A stretch of DNA of 64,000 nucleotides from Harriotta raleighana (Eukaryota). The notes beneath the pieces are model-generated. The model ran no database searches. It saw only the letters and a program-made list of their open reading frames with translations, and had not been told where the DNA came from. Positions 49,501 to 62,454 of this stretch are shown here, in pieces; the stretch's first letter is position 1, and every line of letters starts with the position of its first letter. Made by a program: the position numbers and the translations under genes. Location of the stretch: NCBI GenBank assembly GCA_050575255.1, contig JBNZDD010013718.1:8621677-8685676 (forward strand). Direction: 5' to 3'.

Positions 49501-51005
49501 TGTAAGCTTTGGACATCTTCTACCATATTTTATGATGGCCTTATCCCACTAACCTTAGCAAGATCAGCCCTAACAGTTACCAAATTTAGTACCTGTCACA
49601 ATCCTCTCTTTTTCTGTTCCTCATTCTTTAACCTCCTCAATCTCAAACTATGAGCTCTGTTTACCTGGATCCCAATACATTAATGGTTTTAAAAATTGAA
49701 GCTTCCCTTCTTCGGTTATTGGTAACTGTTTGGTTATGACGTTTGAATGTTTCTGTTAAACAGTATTATCAAAGGGGTTCAGTTTCAGCAAGTATTCTAT
49801 TCTCCCATCTTACCAAAGCACACTTAACAGGTTGTAAGGTTAAATGACTGCTTGAAAGCCACAAATCACTTTTGAGCCCTCCTGCTAGACACAATCTACA
49901 TAATTATTACAAATTCGCAAACGAACCGAGATCCATTCAAACACTACTGACAAACTATTTAAAAAGAACAAATGTTTTGCAATCAATTTGCAAACATCAG
50001 CTCCTCTTTGCAGTAAACCGATCAAAATCAACATTAAAAAGTAACCCATTCAGTCCTTTTTCATTTGGATGAACCACATACACACAAACTTGCAGAACTA
50101 CTGGTAGATTGAGCAAAGTCAATCGTGCACTACAAAGATTTTGCAATGCCACTTATGAATGTTTATTACAAGACTGAACTTTGCCTCTTCCTACATTTTA
50201 AGATTCTTAAAGCGACAAGTGTGTGACTTTATATATAAAATGTCTAGAATTTCAGTCAATGGCGTTCATTTTACCTGAAGAGAACCAAGAAATAACTGTA
50301 CATGTTGGTGTAGAAAGATAACTAATGCACAGGATTCCTAACAAATTAAAGAATATTTTATTGAGAAAAATGTGAACATAATGTGAACAACCTGCAAGGG
50401 ATGCTTGTGTTTTTTTTCTCTGCCAATGCTGTAACGTCCCGTCCCCCCTCCTCTCTGTTTAACCGTTCGTGAAAGACTCGTATCTAAAGTTTCCCTGTGT
50501 TGCTTTTATATCTCAGAAGATCAGAGTGGGAAATTTCAACGAGAAGGTTAAGTTCTGGCTTTTAAAGTTATTTGGTTTAGACAAAAGTACAGTATTCAAG
50601 GTTAGAGCATTTAATAAAACCACTATATTACATTTCAGAACCATGCTGGAGTAGCCCATTGGAATTTAACACCTAAAAAGCTCTTGCTTGTTTTTTGCAT
50701 GTTATTCATATGTTATATTCCTCTCTATGTAATAGTTTAAAAAACATTAAAAAAAGCAAATTTGAAAAAAAAAACTTGTCTTAACTTTAATCAAATGGAC
50801 TTGTAAACATTGCTGAAGCTTTTCTTTGAGTTCCATGGTGTAAAGCAACGATGCTGTGGTGATCATCTCCATACAAAATTAATATTTAGTTCTTCAGAAT
50901 TTGTGTGCAATATTCTGTATCTCTTTAATCTCAAACTACTGAAATTAATTGTAAAAGGGAACAGCCTGATTATCGCCAATAAAATACATCTATTGAGAAT
51001 CAACA
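43593..51005 (+). other. MAP1A: probable long MAP1A 3' UTR
   Basis: About 7.4 kb almost free of the SINE/LINE fragments common elsewhere, ending at an AATAAA with a downstream GT/T-rich tract. End point inferred. Confidence 0.5.
50978..50983 (+). terminator. candidate distal polyadenylation signal
   Basis: AATAAA, CA dinucleotides about 20 nt downstream, then GTTGTCTTTTT. Other AATAAA hexamers occur at 47268 and 50613. Confidence 0.5.
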
Positions 51006-54000
51006 AATGACTGAGAATAGGTTGTCTTTTTCTGATGAGTTTTGTACTTGGAACTGACCAAGTAGGTATAACTAGGTATAACTAGGCTGAATGGTCTCCT
51101 GTGCTGTAGAATTTTATGATTCTACCTCTCTACACTGTCCCAGATCAAGTATAATAATATGGTCAGATATTTTTTCATATGTCCCAACAAGAAGAGATCT
51201 TTACAAATGGGTTTAACTTTGTGCACAAATTCACATCTTACTGTTTGGCACCCATATTCTGAAATTGACTGTGCTGCATGCTTACAGAAATGTCCCATTA
51301 CAATACATATGCAGTCCCGGCAGTAGATGGTGAAGTAATAATTCCAACCACAAATATTTCTAGAAACAAAATTGTAAAGGACCAGAAATATCCACAGCTG
51401 GTCACCTGCGCAATCTGACATACCATCATATATTTATACCCTTGATATTCGTCACTAAAATTCTATTAAGCTCCCTGATGAATTTGTTGTCTGATCCATG
51501 TACACCACATATTCAGTATTCACTGTGTAAAAGCAATTACATGCAAATCTGTTTTGGAGTCCTAAGTGGTCTAACAGCTCTGATATGATGTGGCACAGTC
51601 ATCCCACTCTACATCACTAAACACAACATGAATTACCACTTTGTTCAGTATTGCAGCAACGACCCTGTGCATTCCTGTAGTAAACACATTTACTATCACC
51701 AGATAAAGGATGACTGATGCAAGGACTTATGTCCACTGCAATTGACAAAGAATTTCCAAGTTAATCACTGCGAAAGTTCTAGCATTGCAGACTGTTTGTG
51801 GAGGAATCAGGGGGGAAACGTGAAGCTTGTTTATTCAAATGTACAAAAGGAATATTGTCTTAATACTGAATCAGTATTGTCTTGGACAAGCAACCTGATG
51901 GACAATGTAAAATCCTCTGAATATTTACTTAGTCACACGGCCTTATTCCAGTTACAACAAACCAATATTCATTTCTGATCACAATAGAATAATCTGCCCC
52001 TTATGAATGAAGATGTATACTCGTCTGACTCCTTGGGCTGTGCAATCTTCGAGTCTCTGAATGAGCGATGGTGCTGGCTCCCACTGAATTACTTAATGAC
52101 ATCATACGTTGACTCATTCTTCTTGTGTTTGTGGAGAGGCAGATGTTGGGGGGAGGGTGGAAGAGAAAAGAGGGAATTGTCCTTGATCTTTACAAAAGGG
52201 CAGCTGATGAAGACAGCCATTGTGTTGAAGGGAGAAGCTGAGTCAAAAGAAGGGCTCTCAAGGCCAGGCCTCTGCTCAGTATAAAATTGGCGACACTGCC
52301 AACAATTCTCCTCAGCCAAGCAGAACAAATGACTTCACTCAGAACTAATGATTGCACCGAGGGCTCGCCACATTCACATTCTAATGAACAGTTGATGAAT
52401 TGCCACCAAAGCACTTCAATACAAAAAAATCTTAACGACTTACACAATTTCACAGGGTAATGGATTTTAACCGGGAGAGATGCTGCTAGCTGGTTTATCA
52501 CACTATGTACACACTGACTCAATACCCCTTTGAGGAGACTAATCACATATTTTCTGCTGTAGTAAAGAACATGCAGGTTCACCCACTGAGCAGAGTAAGA
52601 ATGTGAAGCTGCAGGAGCTAGATCCCAGTATAACCTGAAAAAAGCCAGTTTCTCAACTGGAAGATCACAAGGTTTCAGCTTTCAGTTGCGCAAGTTTCCC
52701 TAGTTCTTGTGCGAATGTTCTCTGAATGAGGGCAATGGATAGATACATCATCATAGATTTTGTAGCAGTCTAAATGAAAGGAGTAGTAGTAGGCATAAAT
52801 GGGAACGCAGTCAATATATACCAAATGCAAGGATTATTATTGTCAAAATACAGTGGGAGGATGGGAAAAAGAGATCTTGACTGGGTTCTTACTCATAGAT
52901 TAATCGAAAGATGAATACCTAGATATATTAAGTTGGGGTGTGTGGGGGGTGGGGGGAGGATCATAAGCGGGAGTTTGCCAAAATCAGGTGGTACTCAGCC
53001 TTTCAACTTTTTTGAAGCTGATACAGTATATCCCACTGTATGAAAACAGCCATCGCGGAGGGTTGGTTGATTTGACTGAGGAGACATGGTTTACAAAATG
53101 TGCGTAACCAGTCTCATAGATAAGGTACAGATATGACCTGAATCCTGGAGCTCAAACGCTTCAGCGAATCGGGCAGTCCTCAATGGACAAGTATTGGGCT
53201 GTGTGGTTGCCAATTACATTTTTTTATTTAAGTAAATTTAGAGAAAGTAATGACTAACACAGACTATAAATAATAATCATTGCATTTGATAGAGCCCTAT
53301 CGTAAAGTATTAAGGAAAGAGATGGTGCTGAAAGGACAGCGCTGGACCTGGATAGATACTGTACTGTTAAATGTACCAGACTGGTTTATTCACATGTAAA
53401 AACACCAGAGAAATCATTAAGAAATGGATTAATATATTTTGGCACCTACATTGGATTTACCTCTACTGCAGTTGGAAAAATAATTTGGATATAATTTCTT
53501 ATATAATTCCTGTCCCATGCATATAATTATTTGCTTTTTTTGGTAAATATTAATATTTACTGTTTAAAAGTGATGTCTTCACTTGAATCACTGACATTTT
53601 TATTGCAGAATAAACACCCAAGGGCTCAATGAGTAACAAAATATTTTAGGGTTCCCAAAGACTCACACACTGAGTAGGGATAAATTACCTTGGTGAAATT
53701 ATTCAAACGTGACAAATTAATGACACATTAATGGCAATATATTGCATATTAATTAAAATGGAAAATGTTACAACAGTAAAGTAGCAGTGTTGAATCAATC
53801 TGCAAAATTTGGCCTGAGACCTCAGTATCCAAGTTAAGCTTTTTGAATGACAAGTATGATTAAGACACTTAATTACTCAGTGTATGTAGAGAGGACAGTT
53901 CTATAATCTCATGTGCAGCCTGGGCACAGATTATAACTGGTTGGTTTTGCTGGTCAGTCATTCATTTGCAAAAATGTTATGTAGATTTGAATTAGTTCTG

Positions 54001-54214
54001 GAGGCAGTGCAGAGAGCCACATGACAAATAGCCCTCAGAGGGATCAAAGGCTGCTGATGTGGAGAATGGGAAATGGCATTTGTCTGAAGTGCTTTTTGGG
54101 GCAAAACAGAACTTTAATACTGAATAAAAGGAAGCTTACTGTGTACCTAACCTGTGAGTCCGAGGTGTGGTCAGAACCTATACAACATGGAAATTGTTCA
54201 GTTCCCCAATATCA

Positions 54215-54860
54215 ATCAATCAAAAATCAAAATTATATTTATATAGCGCCTTTCACGTCGGGAGGACGTCCCAAGGCGCTGTACAGTCAAGTAGGGATCA
54301 GAGTGGGGGGGAGGGGTCGGGGAAGGAAAGTAGGAAACATTGACTGTATATTTGTGGGCCAAAACGCGGCAGCCAAATTGCGCACAGCAGTGTCCCACAA
54401 ACAATCATGGAAGTGTGGTTAGGGGAGAAAGGGTGGAAAGATGGCAAGGGTAGGGGGAAGGAGAACAGGAAAAACCGACTGTATATTTGTGGGCAAAAAG
54501 CGGCAGCAGTGTCCCACAAACAGTTGTGAAAGTGGAGCCGGGGGTGAAAGGGGGAAAGAGGGTAAGGGGGGTGATGGAGGGAAAGGTAGGGTGGGGTAGA
54601 ATCGGGGAGGAAAAGGGGGGGAGAAAGGGGGGCAAGGGGGAAATCAGGGAGAAAAGGAGAGAAACGGGAGCAAGGGAGAAGAGGGAAGGAAAGGTGGGTG
54701 GGGGGCAAAATCAGGAAGAAATGGGGAGAAAAGGGGGTAAGAGGGAAGAGGGAGGGAAGGGGGGAATGGGAAGGAGGAAAGAAGATAAAGGAGGGGGACA
54801 GGTCAGGGGGCGGGAGGAACAACAACAACAAACAACAATATCAACAACAATAAACAAACA
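54215..54860 (-). mobile_element. composite element: L2-type tail, two tandem SINE core segments and a G/A-rich low-complexity tract
   Basis: GCGCCTTTCACGTCGGGAGGACGTCCCAAGGCGCT at 54247. GACTGTATATTTGTGGGC...GCAGTGTCCCACAAACA occurs twice (about 54342 and 54477). Purine tract at 54530-54817. Confidence 0.65.
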
Positions 54861-54875
54861 AAATATGTTCCAACC

Positions 54876-55172
54876 GCAGTCCCGTAGCTCAGTGGTTAGA
54901 GCACTCGCCTTAAAGCACGAGACTTGTGTTCAAAACCAGGCAGGGCAAAACCATTGGACAAGTTTCCTTACTCCACATGTCTAATAATAATCTCTCAAAA
55001 AAATAAAAAAATTGGTCATTTCAATTCACGACTGACAGTGGGACACTGCTATGTGCAATTGGCTGCCGCATTTAGCCGACAAATATACAGTCACTTTGCA
55101 GTGTATTCTGTGAAGCACTTTGGGATGTCTAGAAAACGTGAAAGCGCTATATCAAATGCAAGGATTATTATT
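54876..55172 (+). mobile_element. full-length tRNA-derived SINE family A
   Basis: A-box TAGCTCAGTGG (54885), B-box GTTCAAAACC (54928), body GTGCAATTGGCTGCCGC, L2-like tail and (ATT)n end. Confidence 0.9.
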
Positions 55173-56114
55173 CTTATACTGATATATAGTACAGGAAGCA
55201 AAACTCATGTTTCCACAAAGGAAGAGACATCAGTGGCATATCTTGCATATAGTGGACATTTATAGTACACAGGAAGAAATGTCAATAGTAAATAATGGCC
55301 AGAAGTTAGACATGTTTTCATGGTTTGTTTATAACACAGCCTCCGAGAGATTGGACTAGAGTTCCTACACTAACATCTGCTCAGTTAATGAAACGGTGGA
55401 AAATGATTCCTGATCTGAGAATGTGATGACTATGACAGTGGGTTTGAAGAGGTTTGTGAAGCCAATATGGAGTCAAACAGTACATTTGATCCATTTCATA
55501 TACAACACTGATGCCAACACTGTTCGTGTGTGTAAAATAGGGGAAACGTTAACTCCTGTCTCACTAAGAACAATCAGAAAAGAAATTCATCAACAATCCA
55601 GCCCTCTAAGTAAACATGAGAAATTAACACCATCTGCCTCTATTAATATACATGCTAATCACACAGGGAGTTGGATAAAGCTACAACGCATCTTATGAAT
55701 TTTAATAGAGCTACTATATTACAGCAGTTATGGTTGTCAAAAGTGTAAATATGTTTCCAGCAGTGAATTCACTGTCACTCCAGTGTATTGTCGAGCAATT
55801 ATCTAGTAAAATATAATAAATAGTAACGGCGGATGAGAAAAGGGTCACGAGACATTAACTATGCCCATCAGCAGTTCTCCTGGAATGATACATAAATCAA
55901 GAATAAAATCTGCGTAAAGCAACATCCTTCTAGTTCTCACGCTGCCATCTTAAATATAATACTAAAAAAAAGTGTGGAAAAAAAGCAACGAGTCTGAGTC
56001 CAAATGTAAAGGGTGGAAACCTTAGCTAAGATTCATCAACAGGAAAAAAGATATTTAAGGTAGAACATTCAATAGTAAATGGTACAGATTGATAATGTAA
56101 ACCTCCAAAATTAT

Positions 56115-56230
56115 TTCACTCACAAAATACACAGTCACTCCAATTTACAAAATATTCTGTGAAGCGCTTTGAGATGTCTCAATAATGCACTATATCAAAT
56201 GCAATGATGATTATAATTATTATAATTATT
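56115..56230 (+). mobile_element. tRNA-SINE family A, 3' fragment
   Basis: ATATTCTGTGAAGCGCTTTGAGATGTCTC...TATATCAAATGCAA. Confidence 0.75.
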
Positions 56231-56626
56231 CAAAGTCAGCCTAGAATGGATTAGCTACATGCATGGCAGTTTGTGTTAAGTGCATTTAGATAAATAATCA
56301 GGTAGCAAATTTGTTTCTCAAAGACTGATGTTGGTTTCAAATTATGTACCAAGTGAAGTAATCGTAACAAAAAGTCTGGGGTTATTCATAAAATACAACA
56401 CAAAGAGGTGCCACGATGAAAGAGTTCATGTGCTGGAGAGAATAGTCTCATCCATGACTGTTGATATATACTGTACAGTACCTAGTTTAATTTGAATGGT
56501 AATTACAGAGCAGAAATGCAGCACAGGGAGTTGTCAATAAACCCGCGGCATCTCTTTGCAGCACATGTGGATTCTCAACATTTGAAATTCCACATTAGAC
56601 ATATTGGGAGGGGCATATAATACCAT

Positions 56627-56935
56627 GGAGTCCTATAGCTCAGTGGTTAGAGCACTCGCCTCACAATTGAGATACCTGGGTTCAATTTCAAGCAGAGCAA
56701 ACTTTGGATAAGTTTCCTTCCAGCACATGCCTGATAATAATCCTCAAGAAAATAAAACAATAATAAATTGGCCACTTCAATCCACGACTGTTTATGGGAT
56801 ACTGATGTGCACAATTGGCTGCTACGTTTTCCCCACAAATATACAATCAAGTCACTTTACAGTTTATTCAGTGAAGCGCTTTGAGACATCTGAAAGATGT
56901 GAAAAGTGCTACATCAAGTGCAAGGATTATTATTA
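56627..56935 (+). mobile_element. full-length tRNA-derived SINE family A
   Basis: GGAGTCCTATAGCTCAGTGGTTAGAGCACTCGCC head, GGTTCAATTTC B-box, colinear with the 54876 copy. Confidence 0.9.
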
Positions 56936-58129
56936 CCATAGAGCCAAAGGTAAAATGTTAAAATAAAACTATTCTACCTTACCAAATAATCAATTCCCTC
57001 TAGATTTGCTGACACAATCTGCCTCCATCACTTCCCTGGCTATCTTTCAAAATCTGTTCCATATATTAATCACATATTAATCACTCTCTGTGTACAATAA
57101 TTCAATTTAAACCATCTGCTTACCTTTTGAGTTTGAAACATATCCTTTCACTCCACGTTTTTTCACCATGTAAACATATTACATACTCTTCAATTTGCGA
57201 TAGAGAAGCAGATTGATAGCAAAAATTCCAATAGAATTTCTGCCAAATCACAATACATGGCAATGGGGTGTGTGGGGGTGGGGGAGACAACAATCTTAAT
57301 TCTTTGAAGAATTACATACTTGAGAAGGCTTCTGGTTTGCTGCACATCATTCATCATGTGATATTGTGCAAAATCTGCTAATCATTTTACATTCTGGAAC
57401 AGATAAAATGATGTGCTGTAAATATCTTTCACCCACAAAACATAGAGTCAATTCAACAACAACAACAACTTCCATTTATACACCGCCTTTCAGGATGGAC
57501 TGCACCTTGGAGAGCTAACGTACAATACGGTTTTTTCAGTGAAGTGATTTGAGATGTCTAAATGATGCAATGAAACTCTATATCGAATGCAAGGATAATT
57601 ATTACAGTATTATTACAGTATTATTATCTCTCCATCACTTCATTGAGCAAGCTGGGCAAAGATGACAGTGGATTGCGCACAATTGCGGGTAAATTTTTGT
57701 GAACATGCAAAATCACTTGTTGCCACTTGGGTGGTATAAATGTGCACCATTACCCTGCATTTACCACACAATTAGCCTCAGTGGCCACATAAAGGATGAT
57801 CCACTGATGACTGCTCAGTTACAAATAGTCTGGGTACAGCTTGGATGTTGCTGTTTCAAACTCAATTGCTGGCATCTCCACTGCTCTCCTGAGGCTCTGG
57901 TGTGTCGCAGCAGATGGGAATTACCCCCAGAACAGTGCTGCTAATCCTCCTCAGACCACTCGCTGCTGAGCTCTGCCCGAGGCCCAGCATCACACAGAGG
58001 TTAATTGACTGAATACACCGAATGTAATGAATATAAAAAAGAGAGCCATATTATTAAGCATGTAATTCTTAAAAGATGATCAGATTAAAATGCTATGCTG
58101 GGCAACATTTAATGGGTAAATCAGACTAT

Positions 58130-58590
58130 TCCAGTCTCAGAGAACAAAAGAACAAGTTAGAGAATTATAGATAGCTCTGAACATAATGATGGGGGCAACT
58201 TTATAAACAGGAAGACATCATAGCTTTGAATAGGGTACAACCGTGGAGATTCACTAGGTTGATCCCAGAGATGTGATCTTATAATTATATGGAGATGTGA
58301 AAAATTTGGATTGTTTTGACTGGAGCAAATAAGGTTAAGGGAGGAATCTAACAGAGGACAGTATTCAAAATTATTTTGAATAGTTTTTCATGAGATAAAT
58401 AACAAGAGACTATTTCTGTTCATGGGTAAGTCAATCTTGAGAGGGCATAAATTGAAGATCACCACCAGAAAAAAAGAGGGGAGGTTTTATTTATTTATTT
58501 TAAACATTCTGTTGTTAAAATGTGAAACACCTCATCACAAATGTCTGTTCAAACTGATCTAAAGATTTAGAAGGAAATTGGATGAATACA
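58130..58590 (+). mobile_element. degraded CR1 LINE ORF2 C-terminal fragment
   Basis: DI.AL.RVQ..FTRLIP..., RLRG.L.EVFKI and RGHKLK-like motifs with frameshifts. Confidence 0.7.
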
Positions 58591-58759
58591 GTAAAATTTG
58601 TATAAATCTGATCTGTATTAATCGCATAATCTGTCCAATTCCCGTTCAAGTGTTTATATTCTATGCAGGTTTGACATAACTCAGATTTTACTAAATCATA
58701 TTAAATGTATAGTCTCAGTTGATATGATTTATGCGAGGTTTTAATGTACTAGAATGAAT

Positions 58760-58885
58760 ATAATAATAATCCTTGCATTTGATAAAGTGCTTTCCACATC
58801 TTCTAGAAGTCTCAAAAGTGCTTCACAGAAAATATTGTGAAGTGAATTGACTGGATATTTGTGGGCAAAATGCAGCAGTCAATAA
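58760..58885 (-). mobile_element. tRNA-SINE family A, 3' fragment
   Basis: (TAA)nTCCTTGCATTTGATAAAGTGC...GCTTCACAGAA...TTTGTGGGCAAAATGCAGCAG. Confidence 0.8.
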
Positions 58886-59739
58886 TCTTACAGGGTCCAG
58901 GAAAAGAGCAGGTATTGGAGTCAAGCTAGCGTCAAGGAAGGAACTAGCACCAGCACAGATAGAATAGATTGAATAACTGCTTCCCTTCTGTTTGGCAAAC
59001 ATTGTAAACAAATGAGCTGCAGAAGCTAGCTCTTACATCCCTTGTTAATTGATTGTCTCCATTATCTCTATACTGTACAAGCACCCATAGATAAGTAAAA
59101 TCAAGCAATAGAAGAGAAATGTTGCAGAATCCTACGAACTACAGATAATGCCTGTCATTTAAAATAAAATAGATTTATTTCATGTGAACTGATGTGACTG
59201 CTCTTCCTTCTGCACTTAGCAAGGCATCCAATGTGTTCTGACACTAATCTGGAAGGAGGCCAGACTCCGGGACTGTCTACCGGCAAATGTGGCTGCAAAA
59301 TTATTTCCCCAGTTAAAGCACGTGGTGAGACATGTGAGGGCATATTAAGTTTGTTGCAGACGCTCTTTGGTTTGTTCAAGGTACAAAATCTTTTGCTTAA
59401 TTGCATTTCAACCTCAGATAACCTGATTGCTTAAATAATTTATTTTCAGACTGCATTGGTGGCTCAGTGAGGGATATAGAAACATAAAAACCCAGAAATA
59501 GGAGTAGATTATTCAGTCCCTCAAACCTGTTCCGCCATTTATAAGATCATGGCTGAAATGTATCTCAAGCCCAGTTACCCGTCCTTGCCCACATCCCCAA
59601 TACCCTGACCTAACAAAAATATACCCTGATCTAATGAATAGATGCATTATTCAATGTGGAACAGAGCGGACATAGAACTGAAATGTCCCAGGTTTGATTC
59701 CTGGGTTCAAGCTCCCAATCTTTAGTCTGTACCATGTCA

Positions 59740-59955
59740 TGATATCCAATGTCCCATAAACAGGCATGAAGAAAGATCACATTAATCTGGGAGATTGATG
59801 GCCGGGATACTGGGAGAAACTTCTTTTTTTTAAAAAATAATGACATGGAATCTTTAATGTCCATCTGGATAGACAGATGGCAATACATGTTTCATCTGAA
59901 GGACGGTACCTCTCACAACACAGCGCACACACAGCACTACACTGGAGCATCAGCA
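59740..59955 (-). mobile_element. Deu-domain SINE, degraded
   Basis: CATGGAATCTTTAATGTCCATCTG...TCATCTGAAGGACGGTACCTC...CACTACACTGGAG. Confidence 0.65.
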
Positions 59956-60228
59956 GCAATTAAAGGGGGTTTGAAAGCATTTTGACAGAAGTTATCCTCG
60001 CATTTTACATAGTGCACTATTACGTCGTTGAAACATATTAACACACTATCCTGGATTAACAATAAACTGTACTGGTATTTTGTGTAATGTGTAGCATTCT
60101 CTGCCATCTTTGGAATAGAGTCTAAAAATTGTTTTAAAAATGAATAAATATGAATACGGTCACTACTCTGACAGCCCTGCTTATTAAACACTATAACAAA
60201 GGATGGCATTATTTTAAATATGATAATG

Positions 60229-60930
60229 CAACAACAACAACAAAAATTGCATTTGCATAACACCTTTCAGGTTGCGAGGATGTCCCAAGGCACTAGACAG
60301 ACAGTGTTCCGGACACAACCTGGGGAGACGGCTTGGAGAGTGTGGAGGAAAGTGGGGGAAACTTGGAGGTTGAAGCAAGTAATATGTGATTGAATTTCTT
60401 CCAAAATCTTCCAAATAGAAATGGTAGCATTGGCCACTGAATCCTGAACAACCACCACAACAAATTACATTTACACCTCACCTTTCATGTCAGGAGGACG
60501 TCTCAAGGTGCTGGTAGTCAGGGATCCACACCCAAGCCGGTGGTTGGGATCAGGAAATGGGGAGAGGGGTGTGGAGGGGAGGGCAGGGAGGGTAGGCATA
60601 GCAGGGCGACTGAAGGCATGGTCGAAAAGGAGGGTCTTGAGATGGCTCTTGAAGGAGGCAAGGAATGGAGCAAGGCGGAGGGTCTGTGGGATGGAGTTCC
60701 AGGGGGTAAGGTCAGAGAAGCTGGGGGCAGAAAGGCTGAAAGATCTACCCACCAATGGTGGGGTGGGCAAGGTGGAGGACTTCAAGTAGGCCTGAGAGGG
60801 TTAATGGCAATGTAGAACATCCTCCTGACATGAAAAGAGTTCTATAAATGCAATTTTGTTGTTGTTGTAGGACATCACAGAGATAGGGAGGAGCAAGGCA
60901 GTGGAAGGCCTTGAAGGTGAATGCTATGCA
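60229..60930. mobile_element. cluster of L2 3' fragments: (-) about 60229-60310, (-) about 60448-60790, (+) tail about 60815-60870, (-) about 60870-60930
   Basis: The minus-strand ORF reads VGRSFS...PWNSIPQTLRLAPFLASFKSHLKTLLFDHAF and FKAFHCLAPPYLCD (L2 ORF2 C-terminus). (AAC)n and (TTG)n tails are present. Confidence 0.8.
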
Positions 60931-61789
60931 CAGACTCGTAACAGCGGAGATATGGAACCCGAGAATTGATATTAATATTCCAACAGATTTGCCTTGTATT
61001 GATGCTAGTCTGCTGCCACTGCATAGATCACTGAGCATTCCTGAGACCTCATGTAACCTACCCTGCGTCTGTCTGACCTGTCATTGTGAAGTCAGTGAGT
61101 GCACACTGATGGGTAGAAACAGACATATTACTTAACACGGCTCTATAAATACTGCAACAGCCAGACAGATCGTATTTGTCCAATTAAGTGCCATATTTGG
61201 CAGGCAGATCTCTCAGAGTCCTGAAAAGAGTCCCTTTGCAGACTTGCAATTGCTCTTTCCACCAATCGCTTCAACTGTCGGCCCCTCAGCATTTTCTCCT
61301 CAGAGATTAGGCACTCAATGTTTGTAGATTTGTGCAGAAATTCTAATTATTAAACATCTGAAGCTGGAGTTATTTAAAGATGAATTGTGAATATTATCCT
61401 CGGGGGGGGGGACACGACGACGACGATGACGACGGGGGTGGGGGGGAACGACGGCGGCTAGCTTCTGAACAAAGCTCTGGCTAATATTTTCATGAATTTC
61501 ATATATTCATGGCTGATTCCTGAATATAAACAGTACAGCACCGAAGTAGGTCATTCAGTCGAAAATTGGTGCCATTGTTTCATGTGGTTCTATCCACTCT
61601 AATCCAATTTCTCTGCTCTTTCCCCATATTTATTCCTCTTGAATTACAGATCTTCAATCAGTATCTGATTATACTCAGTACCCAAATATTTATTTTAATC
61701 TGATTGTTTATCTCCCAGATTGCTGATGACTGGCATCAGATCGCTTATGCTCACATGGAAACACATCAGAATGCTTGTTTTCTGTCAAG

Positions 61790-62185
61790 TGTAGTGACTG
61801 TGTATCTGAATGTGAATGCAGCAGGCAAATTGTCCCACAAACAGCAATGTCCCACAAATAGCCATGAAGAAAATTACCTTTTTTATCTTGGGGTTGGTTG
61901 GCTGGTATACTGGGAGGAGCTCCCTTTTGTTTTGTTTTAATAGTGCCTGGAGATCTTCAATGTCACCTGGAGAAGTAGATGGGAGTTCATTTTAATGTCT
62001 CACCTGAAAGACAACACCTCCAACAATGCTGCATTACCCCAGCACTGCATTGGAGTGTCAATCTAGATTATGAATTTACAATCTGGACATGGGGTTGAAC
62101 CATGCAGTTTGGGTCATCCTCCTGATGTGAAAGACACAATTCAAATGCTGCTGTTGTTGAACCCACAAGCTTTGGACAGCAAGGC
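61790..62185 (-). mobile_element. Deu-domain SINE, near full length
   Basis: AATAGTGCCTGGAGATCTTCAATGTCACCTG...TTTAATGTCTCACCTGAAAGACAACACCTCC...CACTGCATTGGAGTGTCAATCTAGATTATG...GGGGTTGAACC. Confidence 0.75.
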
Positions 62186-62454
62186 AAGTGTATTATAAAT
62201 CCAGATTGCCATCAGCGATCAAACCTGGCGCTTTCCTGGTCTGCGTGGCTCAGTACTACATGAGATCAATAATTTACTAGTCCATTCATGGAAAAGAACT
62301 TCATATATTTTCATATTGGTAAACTTGTACACTGTGGAGATAATCAATTAACAAGGGATTCCTCATGCAGCTCATTTGATCACTTTACCCCTCAGTGTGA
62401 AACCGAACCATTACTATAGGTTTCAATCTTGTCCTATATAGAGTTAGATCTTAA

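Noticed and set aside
54876-54945. tRNA-like sequences (also at 56627, 63751 and 24651 reverse)
   Set aside because: These are SINE heads fused to a common body and tail, without an intact cloverleaf; not tRNA genes.
54298-54984. 177-aa and 165-aa ORFs
   Set aside because: Low-complexity purine/pyrimidine tract lacking stops; repeat-derived.
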